IMG/VR virus record: IMGVR_UViG_2904399447_000014
Location: 25,007 to 89,006 of that record
DNA from: a virus
Taxonomy: Duplodnaviria; Caudoviricetes
Strand: one strand, 5' to 3'
DNA: 64,000 nt
The translations under genes and the position numbers were made by a program. The notes beneath the pieces were generated by a model. It did no database searches. It saw only the letters and a program-made list of their open reading frames with translations, and had not been told where the DNA came from. The stretch's first letter is position 1; every line of letters begins with the position of its first letter. This document shows, piece by piece, positions 38,022 through 46,671 of this stretch.

Positions 38022-38286
38022 ATAACTTGGCGTGCTCAGTTCGTTGCAGGTGGAGTTGTAACACTTCTTCAGCAAACTGATCGTCAACGATATAAAAATA
38101 ACACTCAGGGACGTTTAACACTTTAGCGAACAGGCACATTGTCTCGAAGACAGGTCTATATGCTCCAGTCTCATACGATGAGATACGGCCGCGTGCCGTG
38201 CTTTCGTCAATGCCGGCTAAAACGCCGAGTTGCTCTTGTGTAAGCCCGGCGCGGGTTCGCGCAGATTTCAGCCGTTTAGTGATCAT
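38020..38286 (-). CDS. XRE-family HTH transcriptional regulator
   Basis: MITKRLKSARTRAGLTQEQLGVLAGID...RISSYETG...FAKVLNVPECYFY. Confidence 0.9.
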   Translation of the reverse strand: MITKRLKSARTRAGLTQEQLGVLAGIDESTARGRISSYETGAYRPVFETMCLFAKVLNVPECYFYIVDDQFAEEVLQLHLQRTEHAKL

Positions 38287-38340
38287 ATTATTGCCGTCAT
38301 ATTGATTGACGACATGTGTAACATTGCATAACATCAACGT

Positions 38341-38419
38341 TGTTCAGAATTACAGAACATCATAAAGACCACGAAGCAACACCTGGGAAAGGCCGATCAA
38401 TTGATCGGCCATTTTTTTT
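38341..38419 (+). ncRNA. Candidate ~80-nt small RNA divergent from the XRE gene
   Basis: TTGACG-17-TAACAT promoter at 38306-38334; terminator GGCCGATC-AATT-GATCGGCC-A-T8 at 38391-38419; no start codon with usable ORF inside. Confidence 0.45.
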
Positions 38420-38880
38420 AATGGACTATCGGTTATGGGGATTTGGTGTAGGTAAGCCTGTTGTATATGTGGTTAGAAACGGGAAAAAGCTGCATGCATC
38501 AATACTACCAAATGGAGGTTAATATTTTGAATAATAATCAATTATTCGGCTTAGTGATAGTAAAGAGGCCCGTGACGTATCCTACGGATCAGCCGAGAGC
38601 AACCGAAGTGGGTAAAGAGATCTCGAAACAGCTAAGTAACCATGATGTTATATCGGCTATACACAGACATTTCATTAATCCTCGTTCCTGCGATTGCATC
38701 CTGACTTTGTTGCTACTTCTGACGATTGAGCGTCCTGAAATGAAGCTTGCTGAGTTGGGTTCAGCTGTAGAGTTGATTGGAGATGTCGTTAATGAGTTGA
38801 ATTTGTTAGGCGTGAATTGAATGGGTAAAAAAGAGGCAAGTGGTGATAACCGGTCATCAATTCGAGCGAAGAAGTAAAAG

Positions 38881-39116
38881 TTATCCACATATCAACTGAG
38901 TAGATCCAATAAATTAACCATTAGATCCAGAAATAACCTAAAAGATCCCGGAACCCTTTAAGCCAGTCATGACGCGGCCTGTAGCCCTGTTCGTGTGTTT
39001 ATAAACTGGAAAAGTGTGTTTATAAACTGGATATCTGTGTTTGCTTACTGGATAAATGTGTTTGCAAACTGGATTAAGTGTGTTTATAAACTGGAAAAAG
39101 GATCTTTTTGTCCACA
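38881..39116 (+). promoter_or_regulatory. Plasmid replication origin (oriR-like)
   Basis: Perfect DnaA box TTATCCACA at 38881; AGATCC (GATC) repeats at about 38902, 38922, 38943; five iterons; TTGTCCACA near 39108. Confidence 0.85.
38994..39099 (+). repeat. Five ~21-bp origin iterons (incC-like)
   Basis: TGTGTTT(ATAA/GCTT/GCAA)ACTGGA... starting at 38994, 39015, 39036, 39057, 39079. Confidence 0.92.
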
Positions 39117-39144
39117 TAACTCAGGCCATCAAAAGAAACCAATT

Positions 39145-40044
39145 ATGACTATGAAAAACAACGTATTAAGTCTTATTGATGTACTGGCGTCGAAAGGTGA
39201 AAAAAAACTTACCCCCAACTCCAACAGCACTGTTCAGCCCGTTGCGTTAATGCGGCTCGGCCTGTTCGTGCCAAGTCTGAAACGCAAGGGGAAGAACGTT
39301 GAGAGCGTCACCATAGATGCGTCTGAGGAGCTGTCTAAGCTCGAAATAGCACAGGCTGAGGGCTATTCGAACATTACGATAAGCGGCCCTCGGCTGTCTA
39401 TGGAGACGGATTTCAAGGTTTGGGTCGCAGTCATTTTATCTTTTTCAAAGTACGGCCGAGACACCAACACGATCGAATTACCGTTTTCTGAGTTTGCGAG
39501 CTTTGCCGGTTACCCGGACAAGGAAAAAACTCGTGTCCTGCGCGAACGTATCTCCGGTTCACTAACCCGGATTCGTAGCACCACGCTGAGCCTTTCCTCT
39601 AAAAACAAGGATAAGCTTAGTGTTACAGGCCTTCTCCAAAAAGGGAACTGGGATGTGAAGGCTGACGTTATCAAACTAACAGCTGACGAATCATTATGGG
39701 AGCTTTACCAGGTAGATAACCAGGTTCTTCTCCAAATGTTCGTGTTGAGAAAGTTGGCAAATAAAGGGACTGCGCAAGCGCTTTACACTTTCATTGAAAG
39801 CCTTCCACGCAAACCTATCCCATTGTCTTTTGAAAGAATTAAGCAGCGTCTGGTGCTGACATCGCCGCAGAACCAGCAAAACCGAATTATCAAGAAGGCT
39901 GTCGAGGAGTTGATCGAGACAGGCTATCTCGATGCAACCATACAAAAGCGCGATAAGGATTGGCACGTGCTTATCCACGGACGCAATCCAAAATGTCACC
40001 TACCGGTTGGCGCCAGCTTAATTGAAGGTTTGGACGACGATTAA
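39145..40044 (+). CDS. repA: Plasmid replication initiator, P1 RepA/RepFIB family
   Basis: NSNSTVQPVALMRLGLFVP, GPRLSMETDFKVW, TAQALYTFIESLP; the ORF-track N-terminal extension is translated iterons. Confidence 0.93.
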   Translation: MTMKNNVLSLIDVLASKGEKKLTPNSNSTVQPVALMRLGLFVPSLKRKGKNVESVTIDASEELSKLEIAQAEGYSNITISGPRLSMETDFKVWVAVILSFSKYGRDTNTIELPFSEFASFAGYPDKEKTRVLRERISGSLTRIRSTTLSLSSKNKDKLSVTGLLQKGNWDVKADVIKLTADESLWELYQVDNQVLLQMFVLRKLANKGTAQALYTFIESLPRKPIPLSFERIKQRLVLTSPQNQQNRIIKKAVEELIETGYLDATIQKRDKDWHVLIHGRNPKCHLPVGASLIEGLDDD

Positions 40045-40047
40045 ATT

Positions 40048-40303
40048 TGTGTTTGAAAACTGGAAACACAGATAAGCAATCCCAAAAATGTGTTTGCTTA
40101 CTGGATAGCATGAGTCATTTCTGAAGTGCTTGGGGTTAGAACCTGCCTTTTATCCAGTTTACAAACACATTTTGCCCGTTATGGGCGCCATCCGACATAA
40201 TTTATCCAGTTTATAAACACACCGCCTGCTTCTAACGGTTATGTATCCAGTTTGCATACACACTCTTTCTCTGCCCTCGTAATCCATCCCGTTTATAAAC
40301 ACA
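40048..40303. repeat. Downstream copy-control iterons (incA-like), six copies in mixed orientation
   Basis: TGTGTTTGAAAACTGG, TGTGTTTGCTTACTGG, then CCAGTTTACAAACACA, CCAGTTTATAAACACA, CCAGTTTGCATACACA, CCCGTTTATAAACACA. Confidence 0.88.
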
Positions 40304-40368
40304 TTTCCACAAATCCACTATTCATACATGATATGATTAATGCCTCTCCACCAGCATGAGCTGTACAC

Positions 40369-40653
40369 ATGAGATTATCGGCAATTCAAAAAGATACCCT
40401 GTTTCTTCTGCATGCTTTTCGGCTAAAAGGCCGCGCCGGCGGTATCCGTCAAACAGCATTGTTTAACATCGTCAGATCGAACCGTTCGGAAGAGCTTTAC
40501 CCCAATAACTACAGCCTATCGTGTCGAACGATGGCAAAAAATGGGCTAGTAATCCTTGAAAGGGATGAGAGTCTACGTCTGTATCTGACTCTGACTGAGT
40601 TAGGCTCTAAAGTTGCTGAGACTATCTACAACGAAAGGGTTGCATACGGATAA
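40369..40653 (+). CDS. Small winged-helix-like protein (position of P1 upfA)
   Basis: MRLSAIQKDTLFLL...NYSLSCRTMAKNGL...LTLTELG; synteny after rep. Confidence 0.65.
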   Translation: MRLSAIQKDTLFLLHAFRLKGRAGGIRQTALFNIVRSNRSEELYPNNYSLSCRTMAKNGLVILERDESLRLYLTLTELGSKVAETIYNERVAYG

Positions 40654-40722
40654 TAGCCGTACACATTGACGGTTGTGGCGAGGATGTGTACTATTGCATT
40701 GTAGTACGGATGATATCCGTAC
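40645..40722 (+). promoter_or_regulatory. Sigma70 promoter flanked by two palindromic operators
   Basis: TTGACG-17-TACTAT (40666-40694, extended TG) between TACGGATAATAGCCGTA (40645) and GTACGGATGATATCCGTAC (40704). Confidence 0.65.
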
Positions 40723-40893
40723 CAACTAACGCGTATGCGAACATCAATTTAAATAGAAATTTATCCTGGAGAATCCAATTATGTCGCTTAAAAAAATACA
40801 AAATTTAAACAATTTCAAAGGAATACCTTTTACTGGAAAAAGGTAACTTTGCCTAACATAGGAGATTTTAAGGGAAAAAATAGAGAGGTAACT

Positions 40894-41217
40894 ATGACTA
40901 CTGTAACCCAAATGTCTGTGGATGCGGTTAAAGGTTTCAAAAATGCAAGAGTCGAGTTGAAGACTACTGCCAATCTGAAAGATGTACTTCGTGAAGCGGC
41001 GGCTGTCGCTGGTTTAGATTTGACTGCATTTATACTGAATGCGGCTTTAGAGAGAGCTGAAAGCGTACTGGATAACCAGCGTCGCCGTGAGCTATCAGAA
41101 GAGTCGTGGCACCAGTTGAATCAGCTCCTATCTGAACCGGCCGCACCAACGCTTGCCCTGCAAGCCTTGATGAGGAGGAAAAATCATGGGGACTTGGAAC
41201 ACCAGCAATGTAAGTAG
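40894..41217 (+). CDS. DUF1778-family RHH antitoxin (TacA/AtaR-like)
   Basis: ARVELKTT...LREAAAVAGLDLTAFILNAALERAE.VL...LS...W..L..LL..PAAP. Confidence 0.9.
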   Translation: MTTVTQMSVDAVKGFKNARVELKTTANLKDVLREAAAVAGLDLTAFILNAALERAESVLDNQRRRELSEESWHQLNQLLSEPAAPTLALQALMRRKNHGDLEHQQCK

Positions 41218-41731
41218 TTCAGCAGTAATGGCCTGTACTTATCAGGCGGATATCACGTATCCCGGCCAGAAGAAATTTGACTGTGGAAACGACGTTGTGA
41301 ACAGTTTTGTTCGTAATTCCCTAAAGAAAAGCGTTGCTGATGGGAATTGTGCTGCAAAATCTCTAATCGATGCGAAAACTGGCGAACTGATAGGGGTATG
41401 CAGCTTTACTGCATACAGCCTAGCCAAACAGGCATTGAACGGGGTGATCACAGGCTCTCTTCCTCGAGAAGTTGGGGCTGTGAGATTGGTAATGCTTGGG
41501 GTAGCCACTAAGTATCAAAAACAAGGCTACGGTCTGGATCTGTTACGCGACTTCTTCGAGCAGGTAAAGATTATCCACCAGGCGTTGCCTGTCAAAGGTG
41601 TCTATCTTGATGCCGACCCAAGCGTAGTGAGTTTCTATGCTCGCCTTGGGTTTGTTCAACTGAATATGCCACCAAATAGCTTTGGGGCTGTGCCGATGTT
41701 CTTGGCGATTCAGCATATCTTAGCGGCTTAG
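41186..41731 (+). CDS. GNAT acetyltransferase toxin (TacT/AtaT-like)
   Basis: FDCGND.VN.F, VRLVMLGVATKYQKQGYG, GVYLDA, FYARLGF; overlaps antitoxin. Confidence 0.92.
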   Translation: MGTWNTSNVSSSAVMACTYQADITYPGQKKFDCGNDVVNSFVRNSLKKSVADGNCAAKSLIDAKTGELIGVCSFTAYSLAKQALNGVITGSLPREVGAVRLVMLGVATKYQKQGYGLDLLRDFFEQVKIIHQALPVKGVYLDADPSVVSFYARLGFVQLNMPPNSFGAVPMFLAIQHILAA

Positions 41732-41746
41732 CACGCTAAAAATTAG

Positions 41747-41771
41747 AAGCCCTGCCTATAAGGCGGGGCTT
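41747..41771. terminator. Hairpin between convergent toxin and spanin genes
   Basis: AAGCCCTGCC-TATAA-GGCGGGGCTT. Confidence 0.7.
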
Positions 41772-41810
41772 TCGTGTATTTAGTCCCTTGGAATTCAGGT
41801 TGTTACCTTG

Positions 41811-42122
41811 TCACTTTTCACTGGCCCCATTCACTTGGTTAACCGTTAGGTTATGATTATTGGTTTTAGCCAAGCTTGCGAGTACCAAAGGTAGAAACAC
41901 CATCGGGTAATCTCCGTACTTAGTTATAAGTTCCTCTGGCAACAGGCACATTTCCGCTGGAAGTATTGGCTTGCTGTGTTTCTCCTTCAGCACTGTATCT
42001 GGCATTGAAGGACTTGATGCTTTCGCTGTGCAGCCGGATAGCAGCATCAGGGAGAGGCTGAGTAGAGCAAGGATCATTGGCCATTGCTTCAGTGAGTTTG
42101 TGTTGTAGTTCTGCGTTCTCAC
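41811..42122 (-). CDS. Outer-membrane spanin lipoprotein (Rz1-like; P1 mlp position)
   Basis: Lipobox LLSGC after hydrophobic stretch, Pro-rich; overlaps i-spanin in another frame; start may be 42077. Confidence 0.75.
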   Translation of the reverse strand: MRTQNYNTNSLKQWPMILALLSLSLMLLSGCTAKASSPSMPDTVLKEKHSKPILPAEMCLLPEELITKYGDYPMVFLPLVLASLAKTNNHNLTVNQVNGASEK

Positions 42123-42444
42123 GTTTGAATACCTCTAATTCTTTGGCTTCTTGAAGGTGTTTGTTGTTGAGTTGAACCAGACGGCGCTCTGCGTCATCTC
42201 GCTCCTCTGCTGTTTGAGCCAATGACAGACTCAGGTTTTTATTTAGTCCATTGGCTTCCTTTAGCTTTTGACTTGCTGTTTCTATCGCGGATGCCTGGCT
42301 CGTAAATTTCTCCTGTATGACTGTATAAGCAAGCCACCCCCCTCCAATGATAAGTAGCCCCGCACCACCGATTAACGCCGCTTGACGGATATTGGGTATT
42401 TTCAAAAAGCTAAAGGCCTCGAATAACAGGGATAGGGGGAACAT
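41920..42444 (-). CDS. Inner-membrane spanin (Rz-like)
   Basis: N-terminal TM segment, coiled coil, C-terminal PCSTQPLPDAAIRL. Confidence 0.78.
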   Translation of the reverse strand: MFPLSLLFEAFSFLKIPNIRQAALIGGAGLLIIGGGWLAYTVIQEKFTSQASAIETASQKLKEANGLNKNLSLSLAQTAEERDDAERRLVQLNNKHLQEAKELEVFKRENAELQHKLTEAMANDPCSTQPLPDAAIRLHSESIKSFNARYSAEGETQQANTSSGNVPVARGTYN

Positions 42445-43223
42445 TACTTTTCTCCAAATAGGGCATTAATAACGCTGGTGGGCGTGATCGCCGTTATGGC
42501 TCCATGCATAGGTGAACGCATGCCCATTGAGTCCAGAACTGCAATCCCTACGGCGTTTTTGAACGCCTTAGCCGCCAGGGCAACAGAAGTAACGCCATCA
42601 GCTGTTAATTTACTTACTGCCTCATAAGCTCCTGTAAGCCCGCTGGTGGCGTTTTTCATGTCACCGCATGCGGTGATTAATCTTTTAACCAATTCATCGC
42701 TTAGCGTTGGTGCTGGTGGCGCCGTTGGTGCATTTGCCCCACTAGCCGGCGGCGGGATGTTCAGGATTTTGTTAATGTCGTTCATTACTTTGATCACGGG
42801 TTGCGGATTTACTTTCGTCACTGCGTTTGACATCGCCTTGACGATTACCGTGTCGGCAAGTGCTGTTACCAGCGCGGGTGCCGAGCCGGCCGGCTTGCTT
42901 TCTCCCTTTAGGTAACAATCCCAACCAATATTTACGGTGATCAGCTCCGACGGTGATTGGTAGGTGGCGAAGGCGGCTACAAAACCCCGTCCGCTCGATT
43001 CGGCAGACTCCAGCGCCCTGGCTACTTCTTTAATTTGGCCGATCGGTGCTGAGATACTCGCGGGATAAGCGATACCAGGGAGCAGTAAAGCCAGCAGAGA
43101 ATCGGCTTTATCCTTCGACTGATCGCTTACTGCTGTAGCCAGGGTTACTGAGGCGGCCGGTGTGAAGCCTGATTTATTTAGCTCTCGGAAAGCATTGACC
43201 TGTTTCGGGTTATCCAACATCAA
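42444..43223 (-). CDS. Baseplate/spike-associated protein, P1 UpfB position
   Basis: 259 aa Ala-rich late gene coupled to the PAAR gene; synteny only. Confidence 0.55.
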   Translation of the reverse strand: MMLDNPKQVNAFRELNKSGFTPAASVTLATAVSDQSKDKADSLLALLLPGIAYPASISAPIGQIKEVARALESAESSGRGFVAAFATYQSPSELITVNIGWDCYLKGESKPAGSAPALVTALADTVIVKAMSNAVTKVNPQPVIKVMNDINKILNIPPPASGANAPTAPPAPTLSDELVKRLITACGDMKNATSGLTGAYEAVSKLTADGVTSVALAAKAFKNAVGIAVLDSMGMRSPMHGAITAITPTSVINALFGEK

Positions 43224-43504
43224 GCCACCTCCACCAGCGGGTCACCGGATGCTACGACGGAGCCACAAGAAACAGGATCGTCTTTGCAGACGATCCCTTT
43301 ACCATTGACGGTTATCCAAGGCCGGGTTGAAACCGCAGTGCCGCTATGCACTGTGTTACCGTCTGTGTGTTCGCTAAAGGCGCTACCATCGACCATTACC
43401 GGTATACCGTTGATAGTAACCAAAGGGTCACCGTCGACACATGGGCGAGGGGGGAAACCCTCGTGTCCAGAGCAAACAGCCCCTTTGACAGAGATATTTG
43501 CCAT
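43220..43504 (-). CDS. PAAR-domain spike tip protein
   Basis: CSGHEGFPPRP, V.INGIP, H...VNGKGI...DPVSCGS.VASG. Confidence 0.9.
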   Translation of the reverse strand: MANISVKGAVCSGHEGFPPRPCVDGDPLVTINGIPVMVDGSAFSEHTDGNTVHSGTAVSTRPWITVNGKGIVCKDDPVSCGSVVASGDPLVEVA

Positions 43505-44184
43505 TAACGGAACACCCCTTCCAATCTGGCCTGAAAATCCTCTTCTGTTTCTTCAGGCTTGCGCAGTGAGCTGATATTGAAGCGTGACTTCACTAATGAC
43601 GATTTCAACGTTGAGTGGTGCATTACCTGGTACTGCTCGCTGGTGGCTAATTCATAGCACAATGGCTTTTCGCCATTCATTACCAAAGGCTCATCGCAAA
43701 TGAGGATCGTATCAGGGTTAATCGCAGCTGCTGACTGTTGCCAATCCTGGGTTGAGGCGAATGGCGCCAAACCCTCGATGATGATATCGATCGGTAACTC
43801 AGCCCTTAGCGCTACGAAATCTGGAGTGAAAGCGCTATGGTCAACGAATTCGACAAACGTGCGGGCTTCATGGCGCTGATAAATGCGATTACCAGTAATT
43901 ACGAGGGGCTGATCGCGGGGGAGCATTTCGTTAACCGCTGAAATGACGAATGGGGCGTATTTTGCGGCGTTTTGGCTAACTACGAGTGTTGATCGACGCT
44001 TATCGATCAGGTTAGCCACTGCAATGTTCGTGACGTTATTCGTTAAGCCACACACGGGGCCGGCAAGCAGCATTAAGCGCTTATCTTTGCCGGGGGCGAA
44101 GAAGGCATCGACCGTATCCTGCTGTTGAGACGTGAGTTTCACCATGAGGTGAGGATTTGAAAAAATACCGGAGCTAATTGCCAT
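43504..44184 (-). CDS. Hypothetical late protein resembling a degenerate terminase-large-subunit ATPase domain
   Basis: LTSQQQ..., MLLAGPVCGLT (Walker A-like, no Lys), ILICDEP (Walker B-like), C-terminal FQARLEGVF. Confidence 0.5.
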   Translation of the reverse strand: MAISSGIFSNPHLMVKLTSQQQDTVDAFFAPGKDKRLMLLAGPVCGLTNNVTNIAVANLIDKRRSTLVVSQNAAKYAPFVISAVNEMLPRDQPLVITGNRIYQRHEARTFVEFVDHSAFTPDFVALRAELPIDIIIEGLAPFASTQDWQQSAAAINPDTILICDEPLVMNGEKPLCYELATSEQYQVMHHSTLKSSLVKSRFNISSLRKPEETEEDFQARLEGVFR

Positions 44185-44241
44185 TGCTTATACCTCTCAG
44201 CTAAAGCGTGAAATGAGTTTGAATGGATGAAGGGAGGGCTA

Positions 44242-44260
44242 ACCGTATCCGAACTGAGTT
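44242..44260 (-). promoter_or_regulatory. Putative late promoter for the 226-aa gene-PAAR-spanin operon
   Basis: AACTCAGTT-CGGA-TACGGT. Confidence 0.65.
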
Positions 44261-44394
44261 TTCATTCTTTAGCGGAAGATCGGGTGAAGTTTGGGCTAAT
44301 GGCCGTCCTGGCCTTTATGCCTGGCAAATTAGACACGTACAATGGCTTCGCCGGCGGCACGTAGCCGCCATAATCGAAGGAAAAGGGAATTAGT

Positions 44395-44850
44395 TTGAAA
44401 CTTAAAACGTTGCTGTTATCGGCATCGATCGCTCTATTGGCGCCCCAGGCATTTGCACAGGAACCTGCAATGTCATTCAAATGCGATCAGCTGAATATTC
44501 TGGTGTACAAACAGAACGACGCCAAAGGACGCAAAGTGGTGACACTGAACGGCACTAGGCAAGATGATGTAAAGACGTCGCTCTCAACTCGTTCAGGAAA
44601 AAAGGTTAGTACGGTTTCGTTTGTAGAACGCGCCCAAGCTGGTGGCTCTTATGGGCTGTATAATCTGTATATCATTCGGGCTGAAGGCGTGTACTTAACA
44701 AATGATTGGCTGGATGCTGATGATAAGCCTAAGCGGGAAGCCAAGGTGTATCAGTGCGATTACAAAGGTGAGATTGACGCGGCAACGCCAGCACAATTTA
44801 CAGCCTGGGAAGCGCGCAGAAACGCTGAAGCGATGGACGCCCGGAGCTAA
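44395..44850 (+). CDS. Exported protein with Sec signal peptide, 151 aa
   Basis: MKLKTLLLSASIALLAPQAFA signal; AAGGA RBS; two Cys. Confidence 0.75.
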   Translation: MKLKTLLLSASIALLAPQAFAQEPAMSFKCDQLNILVYKQNDAKGRKVVTLNGTRQDDVKTSLSTRSGKKVSTVSFVERAQAGGSYGLYNLYIIRAEGVYLTNDWLDADDKPKREAKVYQCDYKGEIDAATPAQFTAWEARRNAEAMDARS

Positions 44851-44854
44851 GCGC

Positions 44855-46120
44855 TTACCGCACCTTAAACTTAGGCAGATCTGACCACCGTGTTGTATAG
44901 GCAGGTGAAAGCCATTGCCGCTTCATCTGGAAGCCTGTGTCGATGCCTTGGCCTGCTAAAAATAGCGTGCCTCGAGCGTCTTTGTTTAACCTGTCCATAA
45001 CAGCCATTAACTTTTCACTGTTCGGCCGTGGCGGAGCATCGTCAAAGAGTACCAGCTGCGCTTCACGGCCACTAAAATCCGCCAGCATAATGCCCGCTTT
45101 AGCATACCTGATCCCAGGGCGCCAAATTCGAAGAAGCGCCCGCTGGGCCGCCGCCACAATATCCCGCGTATCCTGCGTAGGTGTGATGAGAATTTCGCAA
45201 TGTTGATTGCTGTATTGCACGTCATTTGAGAATGGGCTGGTACGGATAAACACCGATATAGCTTTGCAATACTGTTTTTCCTGCCTCAGCTTGCCGGCTG
45301 CTATTGATGCGTGGCCGCAGATAGCTTGTTGCATATCCACCAGCTCAGTGACTCTCTGACCGAATGATCTGGAACTGATGATCTGTTGTTTTGTTGGCGG
45401 ATGCTCCTCGAGCGATAAGCAGGGTTCACCGCGTAATTCGCGCACGGTTCTCTCCATGACAACACCAAAGTTTTTCCGTATATATTTGGTATCGGCAAGG
45501 GCCAGATCCAGCGCTGTTTTATAACCCATCACAGTTAATTTCTTCGTTAGCTGACGGCCCACCCCCCATACCTCACTGACCGGCAACAAAGACAGTAATT
45601 TATAACGACGTGCGGCGTCATCCAGTACGACCACGCCGCCGGTTTTACGCCATGTTTTCGCTGCGTGATTGGCTATCTTGGCAAGGGTTTTCGAGGGGCC
45701 AAATCCAACTCCTATTGTTAGCCCTGTGGCCCGGTAAACAGTGTCGCGCAGCTGGTGGCCAAACTCTTCGTAGGTCATAGCCTGCCCCATCCCTGCACAC
45801 TCAATGAATAGCTCATCAATACTGTATTGTTCCACTTGAGCTGAGAGAGATTCCACTGTAGCGACAAACCGTGCCGACATGTCCGCGTAGAGGGCATAAT
45901 TAGAAGAAAATACAGCCACTTGATGCCGTTCAATGATGTGCTTCACTTTGAATAATGGATCTCCCATTTTCAGACCGGCCAGCTTTGCGAGTCGATTCCT
46001 GGCAACGATATTCCCATCATTATTGGACGTCACAGCAACTGCGCGGTTATCAAGATCGGGCCTAAAGACCTGCTCACAGGAGGCATACATCGAATTTACG
46101 TCTGCCAGCGCGAACATCAC
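44855..46120 (-). CDS. umuC: Y-family DNA polymerase V catalytic subunit
   Basis: MFALADVNSMYASCEQVFRPDL, SSNYALY, YSIDE, LSPAYTTRW. Confidence 0.97.
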   Translation of the reverse strand: MMFALADVNSMYASCEQVFRPDLDNRAVAVTSNNDGNIVARNRLAKLAGLKMGDPLFKVKHIIERHQVAVFSSNYALYADMSARFVATVESLSAQVEQYSIDELFIECAGMGQAMTYEEFGHQLRDTVYRATGLTIGVGFGPSKTLAKIANHAAKTWRKTGGVVVLDDAARRYKLLSLLPVSEVWGVGRQLTKKLTVMGYKTALDLALADTKYIRKNFGVVMERTVRELRGEPCLSLEEHPPTKQQIISSRSFGQRVTELVDMQQAICGHASIAAGKLRQEKQYCKAISVFIRTSPFSNDVQYSNQHCEILITPTQDTRDIVAAAQRALLRIWRPGIRYAKAGIMLADFSGREAQLVLFDDAPPRPNSEKLMAVMDRLNKDARGTLFLAGQGIDTGFQMKRQWLSPAYTTRWSDLPKFKVR

Positions 46121-46557
46121 TTCTGCGCCTTATGCAACCAGAACGTGACAACCCCCCATACTTCGAAAGTGTCTGGGTCTGGGTAAATTGGACTGTATGC
46201 AGCATTCATTGGCATGAGGCACAGGCGAGGGCGTGTATGGAGCATTTTCACTGTAAATTCGCTGTCGACTTTCGCAATGATGATTGAACCATGCTTTGCT
46301 CGCAGATCGCGATCCACGATTAGCAGATCACCATCATGAATGCCGGCCTCAATCATGGAGTCACCTTCAGCCCAGCCAAAAAACGTTGAGTGCTTCTTGG
46401 CGATGCAATACTCGTTTAGATCCAGGGTCGCATCTTCGTACCCTTGTGCGGGGGATGGGAACCCAGCAGGTATGCGCTCCGCGAAAAGAGGCGTTTGCAT
46501 TTGTGGCGCGCTGGTGTTGGGGCGCAGGAATGGGAAAGGGGCTTCGATTAGTTTCAT
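46117..46557 (-). CDS. umuD: UmuD-like S24 autopeptidase
   Basis: AGFPSPA cleavage site, GDSM, FTVK; ATG at 46557. Confidence 0.95.
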   Translation of the reverse strand: MKLIEAPFPFLRPNTSAPQMQTPLFAERIPAGFPSPAQGYEDATLDLNEYCIAKKHSTFFGWAEGDSMIEAGIHDGDLLIVDRDLRAKHGSIIIAKVDSEFTVKMLHTRPRLCLMPMNAAYSPIYPDPDTFEVWGVVTFWLHKAQK

Positions 46558-46573
46558 GATTGCTTCCGTAATG

Positions 46574-46589
46574 CTGTATGCATATACAG
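46574..46589. promoter_or_regulatory. LexA (SOS) box upstream of umuD
   Basis: CTGTATGCATATACAG (CTG-N10-CAG). Confidence 0.88.
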
Positions 46590-46671
46590 TATATATTGCC
46601 GGGAGCGAATTATACAAATACAGCAGACCACCATAGAAAACGCCCTCACTAAGGAGGGCGTTAGACAAGTC

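Noticed and set aside
38995-39144. N-terminal extension of RepA (MFINWKSVFINW...) in the ORF track
   Set aside because: It is a translation of the iteron array; the real start is ATG 39145 or 39151
38994-40303. Repeat arrays that could be taken for a CRISPR
   Set aside because: No unique spacers, mixed orientation downstream, and they flank rep: these are iterons. No CRISPR array or cas gene was seen
44206-44219. AACTCATTT near the 44184 gene as an extra late promoter
   Set aside because: No TANNNT at 4-nt spacing; the copy at 44242-44260 fits
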